Below, piece by piece: positions 12,226-21,439 of a stretch of 64,000 nucleotides of DNA. Source of the DNA: an uncultured Polaribacter sp. (lineage in GTDB: Bacteria > Bacteroidota > Bacteroidia > Flavobacteriales > Flavobacteriaceae); NCBI RefSeq assembly GCF_947495205.1, contig NZ_CANLXV010000009.1, forward strand, positions 1,243-65,242. Direction: 5' to 3'. The position numbers and the translations under genes are program-made. A model generated the notes under the pieces. The model had not been told where the DNA came from. It made no database searches and saw only the letters and a list, made by a program, of their open reading frames with translations. Position 1 is the stretch's first letter. Every line of letters begins with the position of its first letter.

Positions 12226-13113
12226 ATGATTAAACGAACACTTTTTTTCGCTAAAAAATTTTCTTTAACCACAAAAAACAATCAACTTGTAATAAGTAAT
12301 AATGAGGTACCAGACAAAACAATACCCATTGAAGATATTGGGTACATTGTTATAGAAAACCAACAAACCTATATTTCAATTCCTGCTTTAAATAAACTAA
12401 ATGAAAACAATGTAGCTGTAATTTTTTGTAATGAAAAACATTTACCACAGAGCATGTTGCTTACACTAGATAATCATCATATACAACATGAGTTATTTAA
12501 ACATCAAGTAAACGCTTCAGAACCTTTAAAAAAGCAACTTTGGCAACAAGTTGTACAACATAAAATACATAATCAGGCAGCTCTTTTACATAAAATTGGC
12601 AAAAACAAAAACCCTTTAGCCTACCATGAATCTAAAGTTTTAAGTGGCGATACAACAAACAGAGAGGCAGTAGCAGCTGCTTTTTATTGGAAAAACATAT
12701 TTGACTTCAATTTTAAAAGAGAAAGAACAGGTATCTACCCTAACCTCTTTTTAAACTATGGTTATATTATTTTAAGAGCCGCTGTTGCAAGAGCGCTTTC
12801 TGGAAGTGGCTTATTAAATACACTAGGCATACATCATAGTAATAAATACAATGCTTTTTGTTTGGCAGATGATATTATGGAGCCTTACAGACCTTTAATA
12901 GATGCTAAAGTGATTGAAATTATGCAAAAATATGATGAGCAGGATTTAATAACCCCTATAAAAATAGAATTGTTAAGTGTTTTAACCCAAACGGTATATT
13001 TTGAAGATAAAAAAAGCCCCTTAATGGTAGCTTTATCTAACACTACTAGTTCTTTACAAAATTGTTTTTTAGGAAAATCTAGAAAAATCAATTATCCAAA
13101 ATTATGGATTTAA
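12226..13113 (+). CDS. cas1: CRISPR-associated endonuclease Cas1 (type II)
   Basis: 295 aa. Cas1-like C-terminal catalytic region (LNTLGIHHSNKYNAFCLADDIMEPYRPLID). It overlaps cas2 by 10 nt and lies next to the CRISPR array. Confidence 0.9.
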   Translation: MIKRTLFFAKKFSLTTKNNQLVISNNEVPDKTIPIEDIGYIVIENQQTYISIPALNKLNENNVAVIFCNEKHLPQSMLLTLDNHHIQHELFKHQVNASEPLKKQLWQQVVQHKIHNQAALLHKIGKNKNPLAYHESKVLSGDTTNREAVAAAFYWKNIFDFNFKRERTGIYPNLFLNYGYIILRAAVARALSGSGLLNTLGIHHSNKYNAFCLADDIMEPYRPLIDAKVIEIMQKYDEQDLITPIKIELLSVLTQTVYFEDKKSPLMVALSNTTSSLQNCFLGKSRKINYPKLWI

Positions 13114-13433
13114 ACGCATATAGAATTATGTGGTTATTTGTATTTTTTGATTTACCAACAGAAACAAAAAAAGACAGAAGAAATGCGCAACTATTTCGTA
13201 AAAATCTTTTAAAAGACGGTTTTACAATGATGCAGTTTTCTGTTTACATGCGCCATTGTGCAAGCAGCGAAAGTGCAGATACTCACGAAAGACGCATAAA
13301 AACGTTATTGCCTCCTTTTGGAAAAGTAAGTGTATTAAGAATTACAGATAAACAATATGGCAATATTTTAAATTATTGGGGTAAAGTAGAAACCCCAAAA
13401 GAACCACCACCCATGCAACTTGAATTATTTTAA
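13104..13433 (+). CDS. cas2: CRISPR-associated endoribonuclease Cas2
   Basis: 109 aa. N-terminal WLFVFFDLPT beta-strand with the conserved Asp, then MQFSVYMR. The start ATG lies in ATGGATTTAA, which overlaps the cas1 stop and suggests translational coupling. Confidence 0.85.
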   Translation: MDLNAYRIMWLFVFFDLPTETKKDRRNAQLFRKNLLKDGFTMMQFSVYMRHCASSESADTHERRIKTLLPPFGKVSVLRITDKQYGNILNYWGKVETPKEPPPMQLELF

Positions 13434-13443
13434 CAGGATAAAA

Positions 13444-13490
13444 AAAATGCTTCAAATAAAGCAATTATGTCTTTATAAGAAGCATTTTTT
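13444..13490. terminator. bidirectional terminator-like hairpin between cas2 and the distal end of the array
   Basis: aaaatgcttc (13444-13453) pairs with gaagcatttt (13479-13488), with inner pairing ataaag/ctttat. An A-run precedes it and a T-run follows, so it could terminate both cas1-cas2 (+) and the array transcript (-). Confidence 0.5.
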
Positions 13491-13542
13491 ATTACGATAT
13501 TTTCTTTTAATCTTTTCAATATCAGAAGCTAACACAGCAACT

Positions 13543-16500
13543 AATATCGTCTTTTCTAATCTTTAATCAAACCACAACTGTAGATTAGTTTATTAGGTTC
13601 TAAAATTAATATCGTCTTTTCTAATCTTTAATCAAACCACAACTATTAAGTGTAATAATTAGTTTGTTAACTAATATCGTCTTTTCTAATCTTTAATCAA
13701 ACCACAACTTTTGTCCAACTTGGCATTCAGTTTGTATTAATATCGTCTTTTCTAATCTTTAATCAAACCACAACAAAGGCGCATAAGTTTTAAATTGATT
13801 AAATAATATCGTCTTTTCTAATCTTTAATCAAACCACAACCTGCTTGGGCTAATTCTGAATACAATGAAAAATATCGTCTTTTCTAATCTTTAATCAAAC
13901 CACAACTAATCAAGTCGTATTTAGGCAAAGGGTAAAAATATCGTCTTTTCTAATCTTTAATCAAACCACAACTCTACTTTAAATTTACCTTCTTTAAATT
14001 CAATATCGTCTTTTCTAATCTTTAATCAAACCACAACATACAGTAACCTGTTAACCTTAAATCTATTAATATCGTCTTTTCTAATCTTTAATCAAACCAC
14101 AACATGTGTTTTATTTTTTATTAATTTGTACTAAATATCGTCTTTTCTAATCTTTAATCAAACCACAACTTTTTAACTTCGTTAAATGATTTATGATTAA
14201 ATATCGTCTTTTCTAATCTTTAATCAAACCACAACTCTGGCGAATAAACATTAAGAGGTTGTTGCAATATCGTCTTTTCTAATCTTTAATCAAACCACAA
14301 CATTGCTATATCACACATATATTTTGTATTTAATATCGTCTTTTCTAATCTTTAATCAAACCACAACATGATATGCTATTATATATAAGTAAGGAATAAT
14401 ATCGTCTTTTCTAATCTTTAATCAAACCACAACTGTTTATTATTAGTCACTAAAACAAGTTCGAATATCGTCTTTTCTAATCTTTAATCAAACCACAACA
14501 ACAAAACATCTCTTAACGCTTCTTTATAGAATATCGTCTTTTCTAATCTTTAATCAAACCACAACTGCGTGTGCAAGGTGGTAGCAAAGAAAGTAAATAT
14601 CGTCTTTTCTAATCTTTAATCAAACCACAACTCTGTTCTATCTATATTTGTTGTAAATCTTAATATCGTCTTTTCTAATCTTTAATCAAACCACAACTAA
14701 CGGTGACAATGAATATATAGCAAACCAAATATCGTCTTTTCTAATCTTTAATCAAACCACAACATGATTGCAAAGGATTATGCAAAACACGTTAATATCG
14801 TCTTTTCTAATCTTTAATCAAACCACAACTCTATTTGTTTGTGTTTTTTCTTCATCTTAAATATCGTCTTTTCTAATCTTTAATCAAACCACAACCTACT
14901 TGCACCAAAGGCACTTTCTACAGCAAATATCGTCTTTTCTAATCTTTAATCAAACCACAACTTAAATGAGATGTGTAAAATATTAATTGAAAATATCGTC
15001 TTTTCTAATCTTTAATCAAACCACAACAATACCAACACAATGAGCAAAGAAATTAAGAATATCGTCTTTTCTAATCTTTAATCAAACCACAACTGCATCC
15101 TGATTAAATTGTAAAGATTTAACAATATCGTTTTTTCTAATCTTTAATCAAACCACAACTGATAATAGGAAAAGCTTTAAGTGATGTTTAATATCGTTTT
15201 TTCTAATCTTTAATCAAACCACAACACAAGATTAATTTGTTTTTGTAAAACAACTAATATCGTTTTTTCTAATCTTTAATCAAACCACAACATTAACCCT
15301 CTAACTGCACCAGTTAAACCAAATATCGTTTTTTCTAATCTTTAATCAAACCACAACATAAATTAATCATATTAACAAAGGCGGATTAATATCGTTTTTT
15401 CTAATCTTTAATCAAACCACAACACTTCTTTAAACTTGCCCCACGCAAATTTTAATATCGTTTTTTCTAATCTTTAATCAAACCACAACACCATCATCTA
15501 AAGAATAAGTAAAACATATAATATCGTTTTTTCTAATCTTTAATCAAACCACAACTTACAAATGGCGGATTACAGAAAATGACAAATATCGTTTTTTCTA
15601 ATCTTTAATCAAACCATAACTTACAAATGGCGGATTACAGAAAATGACAAATATCGTTTTTTCTAATCTTTAATCAAACCACAACTGGTCATAGACCAAA
15701 TACCAACTTCCACCTAATATCGTTTTTTCTAATCTTTAATCAAACCACAACTTACAAATGGCGGATTTAAGGCATATTGCAAATATCGTTTTTTCTAATC
15801 TTTAATCAAACCACAACTTACAAATGGCGGATTACAGAAAATGACAAATATCGTTTTTTCTAATCTTTAATCAAACCACAACTGGTCATAGACCAAATAC
15901 CAACTTCCACCTAATATCGTTTTTTCTAATCTTTAATCAAACCACAACTTAACGATAACGGATTTAAGGCATATTGCAAATATCGTTTTTTCTAATCTTT
16001 AATCAAACCACAACACGCTGTAATAGTTACTAATGAGAATATTTAATATCGTTTTTTCTAATCTTTAATCAAACCACAACTTCACAACTGTCCTGCCAAA
16101 TCTAGTGAGTAATATCGTTTTTTCTAATCTTTAATCAAACCACAACTTCGAGGAAGGCTTATTTACTGATTCTAGTAATATCGTTTTTTCTAATCTTTAA
16201 TCAAACCACAACTAGTAAGGTAACTTGCAATGATATAAGTTGAATATCGTTTTTTCTAATCTTTAATCAAACCACAACAGTGCGCTAGACTATTTTAATA
16301 AGTGGGGTAATATCGTTTTTTCTAATCTTTAATCAAACCACAACAAAAACAGTATTAATTCTTTAAGTTTAGGAAATATCGTTTTTTCTAATCTTTAATC
16401 AAACCACAACAGTTCGTCTTTTAATGATTCCATAGCTGTTAATATCGTTTTTTCTAATCTTTAATCAAACCACAACCAGTTAATGTTGGTACAATAGACG

Positions 16501-17002
16501 ATAGAAATATCGTTTTTTCTAATCTTTAATCAAACCACAACTGCATAATGTAAACGGCTACTGGGTAAGTAAATATCGTTTTTTCTAATCTTTAATCAAA
16601 CCACAACTATCACAAATCAATCAACGATAAAAACGAAAATATCGTTTTTTCTAATCTTTAATCAAACCACAACCTTTCATACGCACCCAATAATCACCTT
16701 TAAAATATCGTTTTTTCTAATCTTTAATCAAACCACAACTAACCAAACTTTACATTGTATTTTTTCTTGAATATCGTTTTTTCTAATCTTTAATCAAACC
16801 ACAACCTATGGTGGATAATCATAACTCTAGTAGGTAATATCGTTTTTTCTAATCTTTAATCAAACCACAACCCGGTTGCACTTATGAAGATATGCAGCTT
16901 AATATCGTTTTTTCTAATCTTTAATCAAACCACAACTCTATTTTCACCTTCTTACTCATGGCTATAAATATCGTTTTTTCTAATCTTTAATCAAACCACA
17001 AC
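13543..17002 (-). CRISPR. CRISPR array of 53 repeats of 36 nt and 52 spacers (44 x 30 nt, 8 x 29 nt); crRNA sense is the minus strand
   Basis: I enumerated every unit by hand. The plus-strand repeat is AATATCGT[C/T]TTTTCTAATCTTTAATCAAACCACAAC, which in crRNA sense is GTTGTGGTTTGATTAAAGATTAGAAAA[G/A]ACGATATT. Polarity follows from complementarity to the plus-strand tracrRNA anti-repeat at 21447-21472. Confidence 0.97.
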
Positions 17003-17060
17003 TGAAAATATGTCAAAGAACTTTATTGCTAATCTTAAGTAAATTCTATTTTAAGAATTT
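17003..17060 (-). promoter_or_regulatory. putative short CRISPR leader between the cas9 stop and the first transcribed repeat
   Basis: 58-bp AT-rich gap directly upstream of the array in crRNA sense. It contains TTGACA-like ctttgacatatttt. This is positional inference only. Confidence 0.35.
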
Positions 17061-20000
17061 TTATTTACAAAAACTTATTTTACCTGTTGATGATATTGTA
17101 AAATCATAACCTTGTACTAAAATATTTAATTTACTAACCTGAAGTCTAATCTGTTCTCTTTGTATATTAAAATCTACGCTATAAACTTCTTTTAATTCTG
17201 AAGCTTGTTTTGCTTCAGAATGTGGTCTAAAAGTGAGTCTTCCTTGAGCATCGAATTTCGCTAGTTTATAAAGTCTTTTTAACAAATCAAGTTTGGGTAA
17301 TTCTAAAATTTCATCAATGTTTTCATTATACATCAAAACCATATCACCTTTTTTTAAGATATACTTTAAAGGTAAATTAGATTTTATATGAGAACTTTCC
17401 ACTAAATTATAATTTCTTTTATGTTCATTATTACTAAATTTATAATATTCTCCAGCAGTAATATTATTTATAATTTGAAAATCACGTTTGAATCTTCCTT
17501 TTGAATTGGTTCCTTCATAAATGGCCATACAATAATTACCATCATTCTTAGCAAAAACATGTTGTTTATGTTCGTGCTTAGAAACATCTCTATGTTTTTT
17601 AATTTCTAAAGGAACTTTTACATCTGTAGTAAAATATCTTATTTTTTTTATTGGTATTGGGTTGCCATTTTTGTTTGGTAATTTATAAAGTTCATTTTCT
17701 ATTTTGTTAGTTAGACTTTCTATTTGCGCTCTAATTATTACTTCTTCTTTATCATTTACTTTGTTAATTTGCTTTTTTAAAGATTCAATTTCTTTTTTTA
17801 AGGCCTTTTCTTGTTTTCTACTTTCTGTTACAATCTCTTTAATTTTATCATCAACAATATTTTTTAAATCTGTATCAGAAAAATTTTCTAATGGTTTTCT
17901 TAATACATATTTAATTACTTCTTTAGTTTCTCCTTTTTTATCTGTTTCTTCTCTTTTTATTGCACCGTAAAAACTTTCTTTATGCAAAGCTCCCCTAACA
18001 GTATCACCTTTTTTGTATTTAATTTCTCCTTTTGCATTTCTTTGTATAATACCACGTTTACGAATGGCTTTTTTACTTTGAATAGGCAAAACGTCTGGAA
18101 CATGATGACTAATTAAAATATTCTCATCAAAATTTTTAACGTCTTTATTAAATCCCTTCCAAGGAATTCTATGTTGAAAAGATGGTTTTGGTTTACCATA
18201 ATATTTATAATCTTCATAATTATGATAATATGCTGCCAAAGCATCATTTATATCTTTAGAACAACAAGCAACAACTACTGCATCTTTTGCATGGTGTGCA
18301 TGATTTATTCTTTCTTTTTTATCTAAACCCCAAATATCTCTTAAATTAGATGTTGTTTTTCCTTTTACAGGATATACTTTTGTAAACAAAGACTTTAAGA
18401 ATAAGTTGCCATATTTACTAATAATGCCAATATCTACAGATTGACTGTTTTTAAAATTTCTAGGAATTTCAGTTATCGTAAAAGTTTTGTATTTGTCTTT
18501 CAAGTAGTTATGCTCAAAACGTAATTTGGTTCTTTTTTGTATATTACCATCTCTACTCTCTTTTGTTGCAGCTACTCTTACTTTTTTTGTAAGATCTCTA
18601 ATTTGTTTATCTAAACTTTTATATTTAGCAAACCAATGTTTTATTCTGGGTAAAATTTCTTCATGATTATTACATTCACTTGGTATTTTATTCTTTTTTA
18701 AATCTCTGTTATAAACTGAACAACATAATGTTTTATTAATTTGAGAATTATCTAAACTTTTACTTCTTGGTATGGTATGTTCTATGTCAAATTTGGGGTT
18801 TGCTCCTATAAAATCACAAATACTTATATTTTTACCTGTGTATAAGCAAACTCTGTTTTGCTCAATCCAAAGTTGATATTTTAAAACGTCATCTTGTGAA
18901 GGTTCAATATCTAAGTTGCATTGTTCTTTGTACAGTTTTTTTATAGCATCTGTGTATTCTTTTCTATTATTTTGAAGCTCATTTTGCCATTGTCTAATAG
19001 CAACTCTTTCATTGGCACTTTTAAGTTCTCTTGCCATTTCAATACGAATAATCGTATTTTCATCTATTACATCTTCTTTAATTAATTGATTAATAACTTT
19101 ACGCAACTGATGCAAAGCACGCATTGCCATGGGGTTTTTAATAGAAGAAATTAATGGGCTACCTAAGTATAATTTACCATCCTTATCACTTCTCTTCGCT
19201 TTATTATAAACTTCAATGGCAGATGGATGATAGAGCTTCTTTAAACTATCTTTATTTACATTAAAATTATCTCTTAAAAAATCTTTTACACGTTCATCTA
19301 ATGTTTCTTTTTTCAAAAATTCTCCTCGACCGGTATTTAATTTCATTTGAACAGAAAAAAGAGTAAAGCTATCATCTAAAATTGTTTGTTGCTCTTCTTT
19401 AGAAAACGATTCCCAGAGTTTTAAACCATAATAACTTTTAATGTTTTTATGAATATCTTTTTTATAAGCTTTAATTACAAAAGAATTATTTTCATTCCAA
19501 GTTTCCTTATTGTCTTTTACATTTTTAATTAAACCGTTAATAATATCAACTTTGTTTCTGTAAATATTGTAGGTATTAATAATTGAAAAAATTTCTTTAT
19601 TAATTATTTTTCTATACTCATTATTATCCCAAATTTCTTTTGGTAAAACAGTTTTTAAGTTTGCTAAAAACACAGCATGCGAATACAATAAGCCTTTTTC
19701 TAAATAAGGTAAAATGTTACGTATTGCCTTTAAACTTAAAGAACCATAATCTTGTTTTAGTTTTATTTTTGAAAATTTAACAGCTGTTTTTTCATCACAG
19801 TTTAAATATTTAATAACAAATTGTTTCAGCTTTTCAGTTTTATCAAACCTAAAAAGCACGTGCCAAATAGCATCAATAATTTGATGTTCTGTTTTATCAG
19901 AACCGTCTTTATTTTTTTTGTTAAAATTTTTAAGTAAATAAGTTTTCCAATCTTCGCCAAAAACTGCTCTTAAATTGGCAATTGTTGGGCAACCACTAAC

Positions 20001-21338
20001 ATTTGTATAATTACCAAAATTAAACAAGACATCAAAATCGCCTTTATTTTTATCTTTATAATATGCTGACTTTAAATTTTTGGGAGTTAGTTTATTTGCT
20101 ATTTCTGAGAAATCAAAATTTGGTTTTGATTTTCTATAAAAGAGTGGTTCTAAAATTGCTTTTTCTTTTGAATTTAAAAACCTTAATTTATCTTCTTCTG
20201 CTGTCTTAATTTTTACTGAATTTAAAAAACTAAACATTCTAAACAACTCAAAATCTGGATGTGAAATTGGTACACAAGCTTTATCATTTTCTAACGGACA
20301 TTTAGCAACTAAACCTTTTTGAGATTTTAATGGTCTTTGATAAAAAATAGCGTTTTCTATAGCTTCTTTTAATGATGTTTCTAGATTTTGTTTATCACAA
20401 ATTGTATTGAATTCTTGTAAATAATGTTCTTCTCTATGTGTGTAATTATTTCTTATTCTTATGCTATTTTTATGTAATCCATAAAAATACTCGCCTAAAG
20501 TATTACAATTTGCTTCTTGCATTTTAGTTGATAAATCGCTAATTGCGCTTTTAACTTTACCTAAAAACTCTTTTCGGTTTAAACGTTCTAATAATTTATC
20601 TTTTACAATATCAAATGCTACATTTATATTTTCTTTTAAGATAGCTTTAAAGGCTCTTTCTAGAGTAAATAAAGCTTTTGTATTAGCTTCTGCTTTATCA
20701 TAACCTTGAAGAAATTCGCCATAATTCTGTAAAAAACCCTTTGAATTATTGGCTTGTTGTATAATTTCTTCTATCTCACTATTTTTATCTTCAACAATAG
20801 AATTATCTGAAGTATCTAAACGATTACTTAAAAAACCACGTCTTTGTGCCATATGATAAAAAGCTCTTCCAAGTTCATGTTTATCACTAATAGTATTTAA
20901 ATTAAGTTTTTCTGTTGATGCTTTGAAACGAAAATAATAAGGATTTTTTACTTGCTCTTTTCGTGCTACTTTATCATCTTGATTATCTGTACTTAACCAT
21001 AATCTAAACGCATCATTTTTAGGATAAATCTTTTTGTATCGCCAGAGTTCTAATTCATCATCAGTCAATTTAGGACATAAATTATAGTCTGATAAAACTT
21101 TTAATAATTCAAGTTTCCTTAATTTTCTTCTGTATTTTAATTTTCTTGCACTTCTATAATCCGTTCTTTGTGCCGCTTTTGAACTTTCACTACTTGTTTT
21201 AGCTTCTATATTTACTCCTTCTGTAAAAATCCTAACACCTTTGTCTAAAAGTTTAAAATGTTTTTCACTTTTCTCTTTTTCAACAACTGCCCAACCAATA
21301 CTATTAGTTCCTAAATCTAATCCTAATATTTTACTCAT
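17061..21338 (-). CDS. cas9: Cas9 endonuclease, type II-C
   Basis: 1425 aa. RuvC-I ILGLDLGTNSIGWAVV (Asp8), Arg-rich bridge helix RSARKLKYRRKLRK, RuvC-II IRIEMARE, HNH DIEHTIPRS...NKTLC and RuvC-III HHAKDAVVVA. No csn2 or cas4 in the locus, which indicates subtype II-C. Confidence 0.97.
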   Translation of the reverse strand: MSKILGLDLGTNSIGWAVVEKEKSEKHFKLLDKGVRIFTEGVNIEAKTSSESSKAAQRTDYRSARKLKYRRKLRKLELLKVLSDYNLCPKLTDDELELWRYKKIYPKNDAFRLWLSTDNQDDKVARKEQVKNPYYFRFKASTEKLNLNTISDKHELGRAFYHMAQRRGFLSNRLDTSDNSIVEDKNSEIEEIIQQANNSKGFLQNYGEFLQGYDKAEANTKALFTLERAFKAILKENINVAFDIVKDKLLERLNRKEFLGKVKSAISDLSTKMQEANCNTLGEYFYGLHKNSIRIRNNYTHREEHYLQEFNTICDKQNLETSLKEAIENAIFYQRPLKSQKGLVAKCPLENDKACVPISHPDFELFRMFSFLNSVKIKTAEEDKLRFLNSKEKAILEPLFYRKSKPNFDFSEIANKLTPKNLKSAYYKDKNKGDFDVLFNFGNYTNVSGCPTIANLRAVFGEDWKTYLLKNFNKKNKDGSDKTEHQIIDAIWHVLFRFDKTEKLKQFVIKYLNCDEKTAVKFSKIKLKQDYGSLSLKAIRNILPYLEKGLLYSHAVFLANLKTVLPKEIWDNNEYRKIINKEIFSIINTYNIYRNKVDIINGLIKNVKDNKETWNENNSFVIKAYKKDIHKNIKSYYGLKLWESFSKEEQQTILDDSFTLFSVQMKLNTGRGEFLKKETLDERVKDFLRDNFNVNKDSLKKLYHPSAIEVYNKAKRSDKDGKLYLGSPLISSIKNPMAMRALHQLRKVINQLIKEDVIDENTIIRIEMARELKSANERVAIRQWQNELQNNRKEYTDAIKKLYKEQCNLDIEPSQDDVLKYQLWIEQNRVCLYTGKNISICDFIGANPKFDIEHTIPRSKSLDNSQINKTLCCSVYNRDLKKNKIPSECNNHEEILPRIKHWFAKYKSLDKQIRDLTKKVRVAATKESRDGNIQKRTKLRFEHNYLKDKYKTFTITEIPRNFKNSQSVDIGIISKYGNLFLKSLFTKVYPVKGKTTSNLRDIWGLDKKERINHAHHAKDAVVVACCSKDINDALAAYYHNYEDYKYYGKPKPSFQHRIPWKGFNKDVKNFDENILISHHVPDVLPIQSKKAIRKRGIIQRNAKGEIKYKKGDTVRGALHKESFYGAIKREETDKKGETKEVIKYVLRKPLENFSDTDLKNIVDDKIKEIVTESRKQEKALKKEIESLKKQINKVNDKEEVIIRAQIESLTNKIENELYKLPNKNGNPIPIKKIRYFTTDVKVPLEIKKHRDVSKHEHKQHVFAKNDGNYCMAIYEGTNSKGRFKRDFQIINNITAGEYYKFSNNEHKRNYNLVESSHIKSNLPLKYILKKGDMVLMYNENIDEILELPKLDLLKRLYKLAKFDAQGRLTFRPHSEAKQASELKEVYSVDFNIQREQIRLQVSKLNILVQGYDFTISSTGKISFCK

Positions 21339-21439
21339 AATTCATAGCTTTTTTTTGAATTTTAAAAATACGGAAAAGAAAATTTAACTTTTACGGATTC
21401 CCATAATTTTATTAAATAATTTTTAATTATATTTACACA

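Noticed and set aside
13434-13542. Alternative reading in which the array is transcribed on the plus strand with a leader after cas2
   Set aside because: The tracrRNA has an unambiguous plus-strand terminator (hairpin plus T7). Its anti-repeat has the same sense as the plus-strand repeat, so the pairing crRNA must come from the minus strand.
17704-17970. Plus-strand 88-aa ORF inside cas9
   Set aside because: It is antisense to the Lys/Glu-rich part of cas9, with a low-complexity Ser/Phe/Leu translation.
12226-21338. Type II-A or II-B classification
   Set aside because: No csn2-like or cas4-like ORF lies anywhere between or beside cas1, cas2 and cas9. The only intervening sequence is the array itself.
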